A stretch of 64,000 nucleotides of DNA from NCBI GenBank assembly GCA_964421955.1, contig CAYQYU010000003.1, positions 1 through 64,000 on the forward strand, written 5' to 3'. The notes below the pieces were generated by a model. It was given only the letters and a program-made list of their open reading frames with translations, was not told the DNA's origin and made no database searches. How positions within the stretch are numbered: the first letter of the stretch is position 1; each line of letters begins with the position of its first letter. A program made the translations under genes and the position numbers. Shown piece by piece: positions 29,599 to 40,351 of this stretch. The DNA is from an uncultured archaeon (GTDB lineage: Archaea > Nanohalarchaeota > Nanosalinia > Nanosalinales > Nanosalinaceae).

Positions 29599-30090
29599 AT
29601 GATAATCACGGTCACCGGCACCCCGGGAACAGGAAAAACATCAGTCGCCCAAGAACTCCCATACGATGTTATCGACCTCACGGAGTTCGTGAAGCAGCGC
29701 TCGCTCGGCAGTGAAGGCAAAAACGAGTTCGAGGCCGAAATCCATAGAATGGTTGAAGAGCTTGAGAGAGAAGTTGACATGGAAGAGGTCGTTATAGAGG
29801 GCCACCTCGCCCATCACTTTCCCGCGGACTACTGCATCGTTCTGAGATGCGAGCCCGAAGAGCTCAGGAAGAGATTGGGAGAGAGGGACTACAGCGAAGA
29901 AAAAATCGAGGAGAACGTCGAGGCGGAGGCGCTCGACGTTATTCTACAGGAGGCGGTCGGGAAACAGGAGAACATTATCGAGATCGAAACCACTAACCGT
30001 AAACCGGAAGAGGTGGCGTCCGAAATCATCGACCGCTTAGAACATGGTGATACAGGTTATGGGAGCGTTGACTGGAGCGACTACTTCTAG
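29599..30090 (+). CDS. Adenylate kinase (AK6/Fap7 family)
   Basis: TGTPGTGKTS, IEGHLAH, RL.ERDYSEEKIEENVEAE. Confidence 0.9.
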   Translation: MIITVTGTPGTGKTSVAQELPYDVIDLTEFVKQRSLGSEGKNEFEAEIHRMVEELEREVDMEEVVIEGHLAHHFPADYCIVLRCEPEELRKRLGERDYSEEKIEENVEAEALDVILQEAVGKQENIIEIETTNRKPEEVASEIIDRLEHGDTGYGSVDWSDYF

Positions 30091-30398
30091 GCGTTCTCTT
30101 CTATCCAGTCTTTCAATTCCTCTTTCTTCATGACTCCCGCGTTCCTTGCGACTTCATCTCCGCCGCGGACGATTAAAGTGGTCGGGAGCGCTCTGACACC
30201 CATCTGCTGACCGAGCTGCTGGTGTTCCTCCATGTCTACCTTTCCAAAATTGACGTCTTCGACTTCACCGGAGACCTCCTCAAAGATCGGGGAGAACTTC
30301 TTGCAGGGACCGCACCATTCGGCCCAGAAATCTATTACCCATGTATCCTCCGAGTTTTGAATCTCGTCCAGCTTGTCCTCATCAATCGCGGTTGGCAT
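30087..30398 (-). CDS. trxA: Thioredoxin
   Basis: DFWAEWCGPCK active site. Confidence 0.95.
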   Translation of the reverse strand: MPTAIDEDKLDEIQNSEDTWVIDFWAEWCGPCKKFSPIFEEVSGEVEDVNFGKVDMEEHQQLGQQMGVRALPTTLIVRGGDEVARNAGVMKKEELKDWIEENA

Positions 30399-30451
30399 AC
30401 CCGCAGTTTCTGAATGAAGACTTAAGTAGGAACTGGTAACCTGGCCGTAAT

Positions 30452-31276
30452 CTATCCCTCGTTCATGTAGACCGTCCTGATAGGGTACGGAATATCGATT
30501 CCCTCTTCATCGAAGCGGTCCTTGATCATCTGTGTGACCTCGCTCGACGCCTGGACGATGCCCGCACGTGAAGAGCTTGTCCAGCCTCTCAGCTTCAGGT
30601 TCACCGAGGAACCTCCCAGCTCGTCAACCAGGACCTGGGGCTCCGGCTCGTCCTCGACAGTCTCCGCTTCTTCAAGAACTTCGTGGGCAATATTCTTCGC
30701 CTGCTCTATATCATCTTCGTAGCTTAAGCCGACGATCACGTCGAAACGCCGGGCATCATAAGCAGTATAGTTTATCACGATATTGTTGTAGAGTACCGAG
30801 TTCGGAACTATTACCTCCCTGCCGTCAAAGGTCTTTATCTTCGACGCCCGTAGCTGGATGTCCTTGAGCGTGCCCTCCTCTCCGTTCACCTCTATCTGGT
30901 CACCGATCTTGAAAGGCCGGTTGACCAGGATGAGTATGCCCGAGATAAAGTTGGCGATCATGTCCTTAAGCGCGAACGAGATACCCAGGCCGATAAGACC
31001 TACTGCGGCACCGATCCCCGACAGCGGGACTCCAAATACTCCAAGTATTGCCACAAATGTTAGCGGAAAAATCGCGTAGGCCGTAACCTTTTTCGCAGAG
31101 GCCGCGGCGTGTTCATCTCCGCCGCGCCTCCTTACCGCTCTCTCGACCAGGATGTTTGAGAGCCTGTTGAGCCCCCATCCCATCCCGGCGACAACCAGAG
31201 CCATCATGACAGTTCTCGAGGTAATGTTGTACGAGTTAAGAAATGCAACTGCCTCTGCGACAAGCTCCGGGGACAT
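30452..31276 (-). CDS. mscS: Small-conductance mechanosensitive channel
   Basis: GISFALKDMIANFISG..RPFKIGDQI, VIVPNS, IDIPYP. Confidence 0.93.
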   Translation of the reverse strand: MSPELVAEAVAFLNSYNITSRTVMMALVVAGMGWGLNRLSNILVERAVRRRGGDEHAAASAKKVTAYAIFPLTFVAILGVFGVPLSGIGAAVGLIGLGISFALKDMIANFISGILILVNRPFKIGDQIEVNGEEGTLKDIQLRASKIKTFDGREVIVPNSVLYNNIVINYTAYDARRFDVIVGLSYEDDIEQAKNIAHEVLEEAETVEDEPEPQVLVDELGGSSVNLKLRGWTSSSRAGIVQASSEVTQMIKDRFDEEGIDIPYPIRTVYMNEG

Positions 31277-31328
31277 ACTATGCTCAGGCTGTAGGAGCTA
31301 CATAAATCTTTTCGACACGGTTGAAACC

Positions 31329-32261
31329 ATGTACTCCCGCTTTGAAGCCATAGAGAGTATCGGGGAAGAACTCGAACAGCTCCAGAACTCGGCCGCCGCC
31401 GTCATAGGACTTGGAGCAACCGGTTCAGTTATAGCAGAGCACCTGGCGCGACATGGTGTCGACCTCGTAATCGTGGACAGGGACTACCTTGAGGAAAAAG
31501 ATATCTACACCTCGAACCTTTACAGCCGGGAACAGGCGGAAGAATCGGTTCCAAAGGCCGTGGCCGCTAGAGAAAAACTCTCGGATTTTACCCGTACTGA
31601 GGCGTATGTCGAGCACCTTGACGGCAGCAACGTTGAGATGCTGGACGATGCGGACATAATTATGGACGGTACAGACAATCTGGAGACACGGTTTCTCATC
31701 AGCGAGTACTCCAGGAAAAACAGGGTTCCCTGGGTCTACACCGCGGTGATAGCAGAACAGGGTTACTCCATGTTCTTCGACCAGGAATGCTTCAGCTGCG
31801 TTTTTGAAGAGGTGCCCGCGGGAGAACTCGATACCTGTGAGACCGCGGGAATAATGAGAGAGACCGCTGCGGTGGCTGCATCGAGAAGCACCTGGAAAGC
31901 GGTCAGGTACCTCGCAGGAAAAGAGGTGGAGAATAGATTCGAGATGTTTCCCGGCGGAAAACTCGATGTCGAGAGCCCGGGCTGCGAAGTCTGTGAGGAC
32001 GGGAAGTTTGAACACCTTGAATCTTCCAGTACCGCAGTATCCTTATGCGGGGAGAACATGTACCAGCTCGAAACAGGTACTGACGAAGCAGCGCTTGAAA
32101 GGCTCCGGGAGATGGGAGAGGTTATTGCGGACAACGACTATCTTTTAAGGACGTTAATCAATGGAAGAGAGTTTGTGCTCTTCAACTCGGGCCGGGCAGT
32201 GGTCGAGGCCCGGGACAGTAACGAGGCTGAAGCCCGCTTATCCGAAGTGCTGGGCGGCTAG
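31329..32261 (+). CDS. ThiF/MoeB (E1-like) adenylyltransferase
   Basis: GLGATG, VDRD, DGTDNLETR, CxxC pairs and TCETAG. Start MYSRF at 31329. Confidence 0.9.
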   Translation: MYSRFEAIESIGEELEQLQNSAAAVIGLGATGSVIAEHLARHGVDLVIVDRDYLEEKDIYTSNLYSREQAEESVPKAVAAREKLSDFTRTEAYVEHLDGSNVEMLDDADIIMDGTDNLETRFLISEYSRKNRVPWVYTAVIAEQGYSMFFDQECFSCVFEEVPAGELDTCETAGIMRETAAVAASRSTWKAVRYLAGKEVENRFEMFPGGKLDVESPGCEVCEDGKFEHLESSSTAVSLCGENMYQLETGTDEAALERLREMGEVIADNDYLLRTLINGREFVLFNSGRAVVEARDSNEAEARLSEVLGG

Positions 32262-32304
32262 ACGGCGGGATTTAAATTCGCACCATACAAAGCTTCTACC
32301 GGGC

Positions 32305-33147
32305 ATGGACCTGGAAGTCGACTACATAGAGTACGTGATAGAATTCTCTCTAGCACTGCTGGCGGCATCTGCAACCTACTTTTTCGATCCGTACCGGCCG
32401 CTTAGCTACGGTGTACTCCTGCTCATACCGCTGCTCTTCGGGTACACAACCTACATCTCGAGAGAAGGGTTCTCCTACTCGTCGCTCCTGGCGCTTATAG
32501 CACTGATGTTCGTGCCCCTGAACTATCTTGTCGCATCGATAGCAGTCTTCATCGCGGTCGGAAATATACTCATCTCGCTGTTCTCCGGCGGCCACAGGTT
32601 CAAGGAGTTCTACAGCTCCACGACGATCCCTCTGCTGATAACCGGCATAATTCTCGGCTCAGGGTTCTTCCTGCTCGCAACTACCAGTCCGGAGTTCGGC
32701 GACCAGTTGAGGGGCGCCACCGCCGATTTCATGGGCGAACAGGTGAGCACTGTAGTGAACGAGGCAGGGATGATAGAAGCACAGAAGGACGCACAGAAGG
32801 CAGTCATAGAGCAGACCAGTACAGCAACTGTTACCGCCACACAGGCCTACGTGATCGAAAACACGAGCCTCTCGACCCAGGACAACCTCGAGGTCATAGA
32901 CACCTTCGAATCCGCCAGGCAAGACATTCCCGAAAGGATCACTGGCAGGGCCGCGGAAAACATGGAGGGAACAAGTATCGACCTGAAGGAGAGAGTCTCC
33001 GTGCTGCTCGACAACAACCTCAGGGGGAAAGTTCTTCTCGCGCTCATACCGCTGACCGCGCTCGGACTCTACAGCCTCCAGCCACTCGTCGGATTACTGA
33101 CCGCGCTGTCTGCGCTGGCCTTCAGGAGCTACGGCGGCAAGGACTGA
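32305..33147 (+). CDS. Hypothetical multi-pass membrane protein
   Basis: Several TM helices. Start MDLEVDY at 32305 downstream of a TTTAAA box. Confidence 0.75.
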   Translation: MDLEVDYIEYVIEFSLALLAASATYFFDPYRPLSYGVLLLIPLLFGYTTYISREGFSYSSLLALIALMFVPLNYLVASIAVFIAVGNILISLFSGGHRFKEFYSSTTIPLLITGIILGSGFFLLATTSPEFGDQLRGATADFMGEQVSTVVNEAGMIEAQKDAQKAVIEQTSTATVTATQAYVIENTSLSTQDNLEVIDTFESARQDIPERITGRAAENMEGTSIDLKERVSVLLDNNLRGKVLLALIPLTALGLYSLQPLVGLLTALSALAFRSYGGKD

Positions 33148-33184
33148 ATCCACTCTATTAAAGATTCCCGCCACTTCTCAAACC

Positions 33185-35875
33185 ATGTCTGAAATAAAAT
33201 TTGTAGAAGAGGAAACCGCTTCTGAAACGCTTCCAGACGGCTTTGAGCCGTATGTCAAGCAGTGGTTTAACTCGGAGTTTCCCTCTCTTTCGGAGCCTCA
33301 GAAGTACTCCTTCGACCTGATACACAACGACGAGAACTCGCTGATATGCGCCCCCACCGGTTCAGGGAAGACCCTGAGCGCATTCCTCTCAGGCCTTAAT
33401 GAGCTGTTCTTGATGGGTGACAAGGGAGAGCTGGACGATGAGGTCTACGTCCTCTACATATCGCCTCTGAGAGCTCTTTCAAACGACATCGAGAGAAACC
33501 TGGAGGCTCCGCTCAACGGGATAAAGGAAGAGGCCGAAGAGATGGGCCGGGAAGTCCCAGAGGTCAGGTCCGCAGTCAGGACGGGCGACACATCTAGCAG
33601 CGACAGGTCAAAGATGCTGGAGAAGCCGCCACACATACTGATTACAACGCCCGAGTCGCTCGGCATAATTCTCGACTCGCCGAAGTTCAAGGAGAAGCTG
33701 AAGAACCTGAAATATGTGATCGTCGACGAGATCCACTCGCTTTCGGAGAACAAGCGCGGCGTCCACCTCTCACTGTCACTGGAGCGACTCGAAGAAATGG
33801 CGAACACCACTCCAACAAGAATCGGGCTGTCCGCGACCCAGGCACCGATCGATGAAATCGCGCGATACCTCGTGGGCTACGATGCGGATGAGGAAATCGG
33901 TACCAAAGAGGCGCAGGACGGCGACGAGGTGAAGAGTGGAGAGAAACTTGGCCGGGAAGAATACCGGTCCCGGGGCTGCAACATTGTAGACGTAGCGGCT
34001 TCAAAAGAGATCGACCTTGAAACAGTCTCGCCAGTTAGAGATCTCATCCACACACCACCAGAAGAAGTGCGCGAGGCTATGTACGACAAGATCCACAACC
34101 TGGTGCAGGACCACGACTCGACCATAATATTCACGAATACACGATCCGCAACCGAGAGAGTGGTCAACAACCTGAAGGAACGATTCCCCGACAGCTACGG
34201 CGAAAACACAGGAGCCCACCACTCCTCGATGTCCCGCGACGAGCGCTTAAAGGTCGAGGAAAAGCTGAAGAAAGGCGAGATGAAAGTCGCCGTAACTTCC
34301 ACGTCGCTCGAGCTGGGCGTGGATATTGGCTCGGTCGACTTAGTGCTCCAGCTCGGATCGCCGAAAGGCGTCGCGAGAGGAATCCAGCGTGTCGGGCGAT
34401 CGGGCCACAGGATAGGAGAGATCGCGAAGGGAAAGATGATTGTAACTGACAGGGACGAGGCCATGGAGTGCTCGGTGCTGACAAAGTGCGCGAAGGAGGA
34501 CGACCTGGACAGGATACAGATACCCACAAACTCGCTTGACGTCCTCGCACAGCATATAGTCGGGATGGCTTGTAACCGCCGCTGGGATGTGGAGCACGCA
34601 TTTAATGTCATAAGAAAGTCTTACAACTTTGTCGACCTTTCGAGGGAAGATTATGATAACGTCCTGAAATACCTCGGCGGCGAGTACGAGCTCGAAGATC
34701 AGAACGTCTACAGGAAGATCTGGATCGACCACGAGGACCAGCTGTTTGGAAGATCGGGAAAGATGACCCGGGTGATCTACATGACCAACATCGGAACGAT
34801 TCCTGATGAAACAGGCTATGACGTTCTTACCCGCGGCAACCAGAACTACGTCGGCTCCCTGGAGGAGGAGTTCCTCGACCGTCTGACGAAGGGAGACATA
34901 TTCACGCTTGGAGGTAAAACCTACCAGTTTTCTTACGCGAAGGGAATGAAAGTTTACGTCGACCCCAAGCCCCAGAAACAGCCCACGGTTCCCTCATGGT
35001 ACTCGGAACGCCTGCCCCTGAGCTATGACCTTGGTATCAGGATCGGGGAATTCCGGCGTGACGTGAAAAAGCAGATTGAACTCGGCGCGCCAGATGAGGG
35101 AATTGTGGAATGGATAATGCACAACTACTACCTGGATGAAAATACCGCGAACTCGATCTACCAGTACGTGAAGGAGCAGCACGACTTTTTCGGGGAGGTT
35201 TCGACCCACGAGGAATTCACCGTGGAGCGCTACATTGACGAGGAGAATCGGCAGAACCTTATCTTCCAGACCATCTACGGAAGAAGAACTCACGACGCGC
35301 TCGCCCGGATAATCGCCCATTTACTGCAGAAGAAGATCTCGAGCAACGTCGGCATGGTAATCGACGATAATGGATTCATACTCATAACGCCTCGACGCCC
35401 GGTCGATCTCGATGCACTCCTTGAAGACCTGACAGAGTGCGACCTCGAGGAAGAGCTGAAGGAGGCGGTGGCCAAGACCGAACTGATGAAGCGCCGTTTC
35501 AGGCACGTCGCGGGCAGAAGTTTGATGGTGCTCAGAAATTACGCGGGCAATTCGAAAACGGTCGGGCAGCAGCAGATGAAGTCTCACTTCCTGATCTCGG
35601 TGATAAGAAACCGGTACGGCGAGGACTTCCCGATGATCAAGGAGACCTACAGGGAAATAATGGAGGACGCGATGGACATCAAACACGTGCGGGAAGTAGT
35701 GGAGAAAATCGAAAATGGCGAAATAAGTTACGGACAGAAAGACTCTCCTGGAGTTCCCTCCCCGTTTTCCCACAACCTGCTGCTCCAGGGTTCGACGGAT
35801 GTAGTCAAGATGGGTGACAAGAAGGAGCGATTGCAGAAGCTGCATAAACAGGTCATGGAGAAGATCGAAGGCTGA
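33185..35875 (+). CDS. lhr: Lhr-family SF2 helicase
   Basis: APTGSGKT, DEIH, GLSAT, SLELGVDIG, QRVGRSGH, DVLAQH, NIGTIPD. Confidence 0.95.
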   Translation: MSEIKFVEEETASETLPDGFEPYVKQWFNSEFPSLSEPQKYSFDLIHNDENSLICAPTGSGKTLSAFLSGLNELFLMGDKGELDDEVYVLYISPLRALSNDIERNLEAPLNGIKEEAEEMGREVPEVRSAVRTGDTSSSDRSKMLEKPPHILITTPESLGIILDSPKFKEKLKNLKYVIVDEIHSLSENKRGVHLSLSLERLEEMANTTPTRIGLSATQAPIDEIARYLVGYDADEEIGTKEAQDGDEVKSGEKLGREEYRSRGCNIVDVAASKEIDLETVSPVRDLIHTPPEEVREAMYDKIHNLVQDHDSTIIFTNTRSATERVVNNLKERFPDSYGENTGAHHSSMSRDERLKVEEKLKKGEMKVAVTSTSLELGVDIGSVDLVLQLGSPKGVARGIQRVGRSGHRIGEIAKGKMIVTDRDEAMECSVLTKCAKEDDLDRIQIPTNSLDVLAQHIVGMACNRRWDVEHAFNVIRKSYNFVDLSREDYDNVLKYLGGEYELEDQNVYRKIWIDHEDQLFGRSGKMTRVIYMTNIGTIPDETGYDVLTRGNQNYVGSLEEEFLDRLTKGDIFTLGGKTYQFSYAKGMKVYVDPKPQKQPTVPSWYSERLPLSYDLGIRIGEFRRDVKKQIELGAPDEGIVEWIMHNYYLDENTANSIYQYVKEQHDFFGEVSTHEEFTVERYIDEENRQNLIFQTIYGRRTHDALARIIAHLLQKKISSNVGMVIDDNGFILITPRRPVDLDALLEDLTECDLEEELKEAVAKTELMKRRFRHVAGRSLMVLRNYAGNSKTVGQQQMKSHFLISVIRNRYGEDFPMIKETYREIMEDAMDIKHVREVVEKIENGEISYGQKDSPGVPSPFSHNLLLQGSTDVVKMGDKKERLQKLHKQVMEKIEG

Positions 35876-35924
35876 GCTAAACCGTACTGGTCTATTAAAA
35901 TTCACTGAGTAGAACAAAATATAC

Positions 35925-37622
35925 ATGGCGCTGCAGTCTATCCTATCCCAGTACTTCCTCAGCCCTCTCGGTCTGCTAGGGCTTCTCGGACTCATACCGC
36001 TGATAGCGTTCTACCTGATAAGACCCGAGCCCGAGGAGCGCGTGATGCCGTCGATGGCGTTCTTCATAGAGGACAAAAAGCGCGGGAAGATCGACCAGGC
36101 GCTGAACAGGATTTTGAGAAACCTGCTGCTTATAGTCCATATACTCACGATAATTGGGCTGGCGGCGGCGCTCGCTGACCTCTACATCCACGGCGAGGCA
36201 AGACCTGACCGGACCGTGATAGTTCTCGACCGGTCCGCGTCGATGCAAAACGACATGGGCGATGCGAAGAGCTTCATCAGGTCGAACCTTGGAGAACACA
36301 ACACCCTGATAGTCGCGGGAGAAGAGGTCGATGTCCCCCTGGAGAGAGCCTCGAAATCGAAAATCCGGCAGAGACTCAACTCCATCGAATCCCGGGATGT
36401 CGAGACCGACATCTCGGCAGCACTTGAAGTCGCGGCCGACTACCGCGGAACAGTAACTATAGCGAGCGACCTCGACCAGACCGTTAGCGAGCGGCCTCCC
36501 GAAGAACTGGTGAAGAACCTCGAGACCGACCGCAGCGTGAACATAATGGACGCCGACAACTCGAACTCCTGGGGCATAGTGGGTGTAAACGCGGGCCGGA
36601 AGAACAGCTCGGTCGACATCAAGAACTTCCTCGACCAGGAGAGAGAGATCACCGTAACCGTCAACGAAGATACCCGGCAGAGAACCGTTGCTGGAGGAGA
36701 GGTCGAGACAGTCGTGTTTTCATCTTCGCGGCTCAATCACGTAGAACTCGAGGATGACGAGGTAGCCGCGGACAACTCGGCGTACATCAGTGTTCCGGGA
36801 GACGAGAACTACGATGTCCTCTCCATCTCCGACTCCAGAAACCCGTACTTCAAGAAGGCCATCGAACTCATAGAGTTCACGGATATCCAGACCGCCAGAC
36901 CACCGATACAGAGACGGATCGATGCGGACATCTACGTTATAGGCGAAACATCGAGAATACTGGAGACCGAGGTAGAGAAGATCAAGAGAGATGTCGAACA
37001 GGGTGCGTCGCTCGTAGTATTTGCGCAGCCAGACATCCGTGAGAAGGGCCTTGACTTTTTGCCCTCGCTAGACGGCAGACAGAACGCCTCGGTCGAAATA
37101 GAGCGGCCGCGCAGGATAAACGTTGGAGGAACCGAAGTCTACGAACTTGAGAGCAACAGAGGAGAATCGCTTTCCGAGCCGGATAACGCTGTAAGAAAGC
37201 TTGAATACGGCGAGGGCGAAGTACTATTCTACAATATCAGGGACGAGGACTTCCACTTCGACTTCCTCTACCCGATTTTCTGGAAGGAAACGTTTGCGGA
37301 CATGGTCGGCCGGCCTTCCGTAAATGAGCTGAACATAAGAACCGGAGAACAGATCGAAGGAGACTGGGTGGAGACGCCTGAAGGAAACAGGATTCAGGGA
37401 CCAGTAACCGCGACTAATGCTGGATTCTACAATACTTCAAAGGGAGTCTACGGTGTTACTCTCACGAGCGAGGATGAATCGGACGCCGAAACCCCGGAAC
37501 TGGACCTGGGACAGGTAGATGAAGGCGGCTCGGATAAAAACCTTAAGCGGCTCGTCGTGGTGCTGCTGGCAGCCCTGGCTTTCCTGGAACTGGCTTACCT
37601 CAGATACACGGGTGACATATAG
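35925..37622 (+). CDS. BatA N-terminal + vWA domain membrane protein
   Basis: N-terminal TMs with P...MPS..F, MIDAS-like DRSASM, C-terminal TM. Confidence 0.85.
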   Translation: MALQSILSQYFLSPLGLLGLLGLIPLIAFYLIRPEPEERVMPSMAFFIEDKKRGKIDQALNRILRNLLLIVHILTIIGLAAALADLYIHGEARPDRTVIVLDRSASMQNDMGDAKSFIRSNLGEHNTLIVAGEEVDVPLERASKSKIRQRLNSIESRDVETDISAALEVAADYRGTVTIASDLDQTVSERPPEELVKNLETDRSVNIMDADNSNSWGIVGVNAGRKNSSVDIKNFLDQEREITVTVNEDTRQRTVAGGEVETVVFSSSRLNHVELEDDEVAADNSAYISVPGDENYDVLSISDSRNPYFKKAIELIEFTDIQTARPPIQRRIDADIYVIGETSRILETEVEKIKRDVEQGASLVVFAQPDIREKGLDFLPSLDGRQNASVEIERPRRINVGGTEVYELESNRGESLSEPDNAVRKLEYGEGEVLFYNIRDEDFHFDFLYPIFWKETFADMVGRPSVNELNIRTGEQIEGDWVETPEGNRIQGPVTATNAGFYNTSKGVYGVTLTSEDESDAETPELDLGQVDEGGSDKNLKRLVVVLLAALAFLELAYLRYTGDI

Positions 37623-37635
37623 TGAGGTGCTCGAA

Positions 37636-39828
37636 ATGACCGCAGGATTTGAACAACCAAGTCTTCTCGGGCTGCTTGTGCTCGCGCTGCCGGGCCTCTA
37701 CCTGGCCGTGAAGCACGAGGAGAAGTACCGGAAGCTCATCAGCCTGTCCCATTCCCTGCTCATAGCGCTCCTGGTTGTAGCGGCGGCATCACCATTCATC
37801 AGTGCAGAGGCATCCGTGATGGAACAGCCGGAAATCACGGTACTGAAGGACGAATCCTCTTCGGCAAAAATACTTGAAGACGCGGATCTGGAGCTCGAGG
37901 GCGTGAAAATCCGGGAGAAGATCATCGCCTCGGGCAATAACTCCGACCTCGAACACGGCATGCTGAGGAACCTCGACCCGAACAGTGCCTACATAGCAGT
38001 CAGCGACTTCCAGTCAGACTCCAGCCTCAAAGAAGTCGCGGACAGGTTCCAGCGGCAGAACTCGACCCTGAGCGCGTTGAGAGTCGATACAGAGGACGAG
38101 GCGTCGGTTAAGATCGAGGGTCCCGGCGCAACTGTTCCCGGTGCGACAAACCAGTTCCGCGTGAGAGTTAGGTCAACTTCCGAAATTCCCGTGCCTGAAG
38201 TAACTCTCGACGGCCAGGAAGTAGATCTAACCAGGACAGGGAACAGCACCTGGGAGTTCTCGAGGACGTTCTCCGAGAAGGGCGCGCACCGGGTGAAGGC
38301 CTCGATTGATGAAGACGACGAGTTCCGGCAGAACAACAACTATTATCACGTGGTCGAGGTCAACGAGAAACCGGAGATACTTGTTCTAGGCGTGGAAGGC
38401 GGAATCGGAGACAGGCTAGAGGAGTTCTACGAGGTCGAGCACACGGATAGTTTGCCCGACGACCTCTCGCCCTACTACACGATCATCATGAAGGAGGATC
38501 CAGCGGAGGAACCGGTCGAGTACATCTCCCGCGGAAACGGAGTGGTCTACACCGCGGATTACGAGAAAACGCTCGACACCCTCCCGGTCAAGACCGTTCC
38601 AGAGGACGAACAGAACAAGGGCGCGAAGATACTGCTGGCGATCGATATTTCAGTCGGTACAGGCGAGGGAGGTGCCGCAAAAAGGATCAAACAAGTATCT
38701 TACAACCTAGTTGAAGATCTGCCCTTCAACAACCGCGTGGGAGCAGTGGCCTACAACCGCGAGGCATATATCATGGAGAAACCTGACTCACTGTCGAAGA
38801 ATAGAAACAGGCTGAAGCAGAAGATAGCGAGGCTGGAGCCTGAAGGACCTTCGTTCCACAATAACGGGATCCTGGGAGCGAAAGAACTCCTGAACGGGAC
38901 AGGCAACATAATACTTATCTCCGACGGAAAGATCGGAGGATTAGGACAGAACAGAGACGTAGATTCAAAGGCGAAACAGGTCGCATCTGACCTGGACGTA
39001 AAACTGATAACTGTGGGCGTCGGCAAGGACAGAAACGAAGACTTCCTGAGAGATCTCGCAAGTAGAGGCAACGGCCGCTACCTCGACGCGGAGGACTCCT
39101 ACCGCCTCCAGTTCGAGTTTGAGGCCGGAGGTGCGTCGGGCGAGACTGTTCCCCTTGTGATCGTGAACCCTGATCATTTTATCACGGACGGGCTGGAGAC
39201 ATCGTCTTCCGCTACCCACTTTGACTCGGTCACGCCCCGGACCGGTGCAAAGCTGCTCGCGACTGGCACGAACGGCAAGCCGTTCCTGACGGCCTGGCGT
39301 TATGGTATAGGGCGGGTTGCGGCATTCTCTGGCGGCGACAGCGATCTTTCGCAGGTGTCCAGGACTGATCCGCTGCTGATAACAAGGGCGGTCTCCTGGT
39401 CCGTCGGCGATCCTAAGAGGAAGCAGGACCAGTGGACCCGGATAGAGAACTCCAGAAGACCGGAAGAGGTCGAGGCCCGGTCATCCGAGAAGCTGGACGG
39501 CTTCAAGAGGCAGAGTCAAGACCTCTACACCGCGACACTGGAGCCAGAATCACTTGGCTTCCACAGCGTTGCGGGCAGGCCGTACGGGTACAGTTACAAT
39601 AAAGAGATCGAGGAGATAGGGTACAGCGACAGCATGCGTGATCTGGTTAGGGATACAGGAGGTGAGGTCTACAGCCCGGACGAAACAGACGAGATAGAGC
39701 AGGACCTGACACGTTTCAGCCAGAATCAGGTTGTCACGAAAAAACCTCTTTCAAACCATTTACTCGTGGTCGCGATGGTACTTTTCCTTGGCGAGGTCGG
39801 CTACCGGAAGATGAATGGTAAAAAATGA
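37636..39828 (+). CDS. vWA domain membrane protein
   Basis: DESSS and DISVG MIDAS-like motifs, ILISDG, TVGVG, YGIGRV; N- and C-terminal TMs. Confidence 0.85.
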   Translation: MTAGFEQPSLLGLLVLALPGLYLAVKHEEKYRKLISLSHSLLIALLVVAAASPFISAEASVMEQPEITVLKDESSSAKILEDADLELEGVKIREKIIASGNNSDLEHGMLRNLDPNSAYIAVSDFQSDSSLKEVADRFQRQNSTLSALRVDTEDEASVKIEGPGATVPGATNQFRVRVRSTSEIPVPEVTLDGQEVDLTRTGNSTWEFSRTFSEKGAHRVKASIDEDDEFRQNNNYYHVVEVNEKPEILVLGVEGGIGDRLEEFYEVEHTDSLPDDLSPYYTIIMKEDPAEEPVEYISRGNGVVYTADYEKTLDTLPVKTVPEDEQNKGAKILLAIDISVGTGEGGAAKRIKQVSYNLVEDLPFNNRVGAVAYNREAYIMEKPDSLSKNRNRLKQKIARLEPEGPSFHNNGILGAKELLNGTGNIILISDGKIGGLGQNRDVDSKAKQVASDLDVKLITVGVGKDRNEDFLRDLASRGNGRYLDAEDSYRLQFEFEAGGASGETVPLVIVNPDHFITDGLETSSSATHFDSVTPRTGAKLLATGTNGKPFLTAWRYGIGRVAAFSGGDSDLSQVSRTDPLLITRAVSWSVGDPKRKQDQWTRIENSRRPEEVEARSSEKLDGFKRQSQDLYTATLEPESLGFHSVAGRPYGYSYNKEIEEIGYSDSMRDLVRDTGGEVYSPDETDEIEQDLTRFSQNQVVTKKPLSNHLLVVAMVLFLGEVGYRKMNGKK

Positions 39829-39860
39829 TGAGGACAATTACACCTAGAGGTCGATAAGAA

Positions 39861-40349
39861 ATGGAGACACCAATGTTGAAAAGAAGGCTGAACCCGTTCC
39901 TGCTCGCCTCGACAGTCCTTATACTTTCACTTCTAGCAGGACTATCGGTGCTCTACCAGGGCCAGCTTGACAACGTGGTATCCGACAGGCAGGAGCTGAA
40001 ACAGGACCTCCAGGAGACTGAGAACCAGCTCTCCAGCGTCCAGTCCGAGAACGCCAACCTGACTTCAGAGCTCAGCAAGACCCAGAGCGATCTGGACCGG
40101 TATCTCCGGCTCTACAACTCGACAAAAGAGGAGCGGAACAGCCTCAGCAACGAGGTCAACAGCCTGGAGGGCGAGGTTGACAGCCTGGAATCCCAGTTGA
40201 ACGACTTGGAACAGAATATTTCGAAGCTTAAATTTGATCTGACACGTCTGAACGACACTCTAGAACTCATATGCACCGATGACGACAACAACATAACCGA
40301 AGGCGACGAATACTGTGAGGAACACGGTTACGAGTACGAGGGAGGGTAG
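39861..40349 (+). CDS. Membrane-anchored coiled-coil protein
   Basis: N-terminal TM followed by long heptad repeats. Confidence 0.8.
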   Translation: METPMLKRRLNPFLLASTVLILSLLAGLSVLYQGQLDNVVSDRQELKQDLQETENQLSSVQSENANLTSELSKTQSDLDRYLRLYNSTKEERNSLSNEVNSLEGEVDSLESQLNDLEQNISKLKFDLTRLNDTLELICTDDDNNITEGDEYCEEHGYEYEGG

Positions 40350-40351
40350 AT

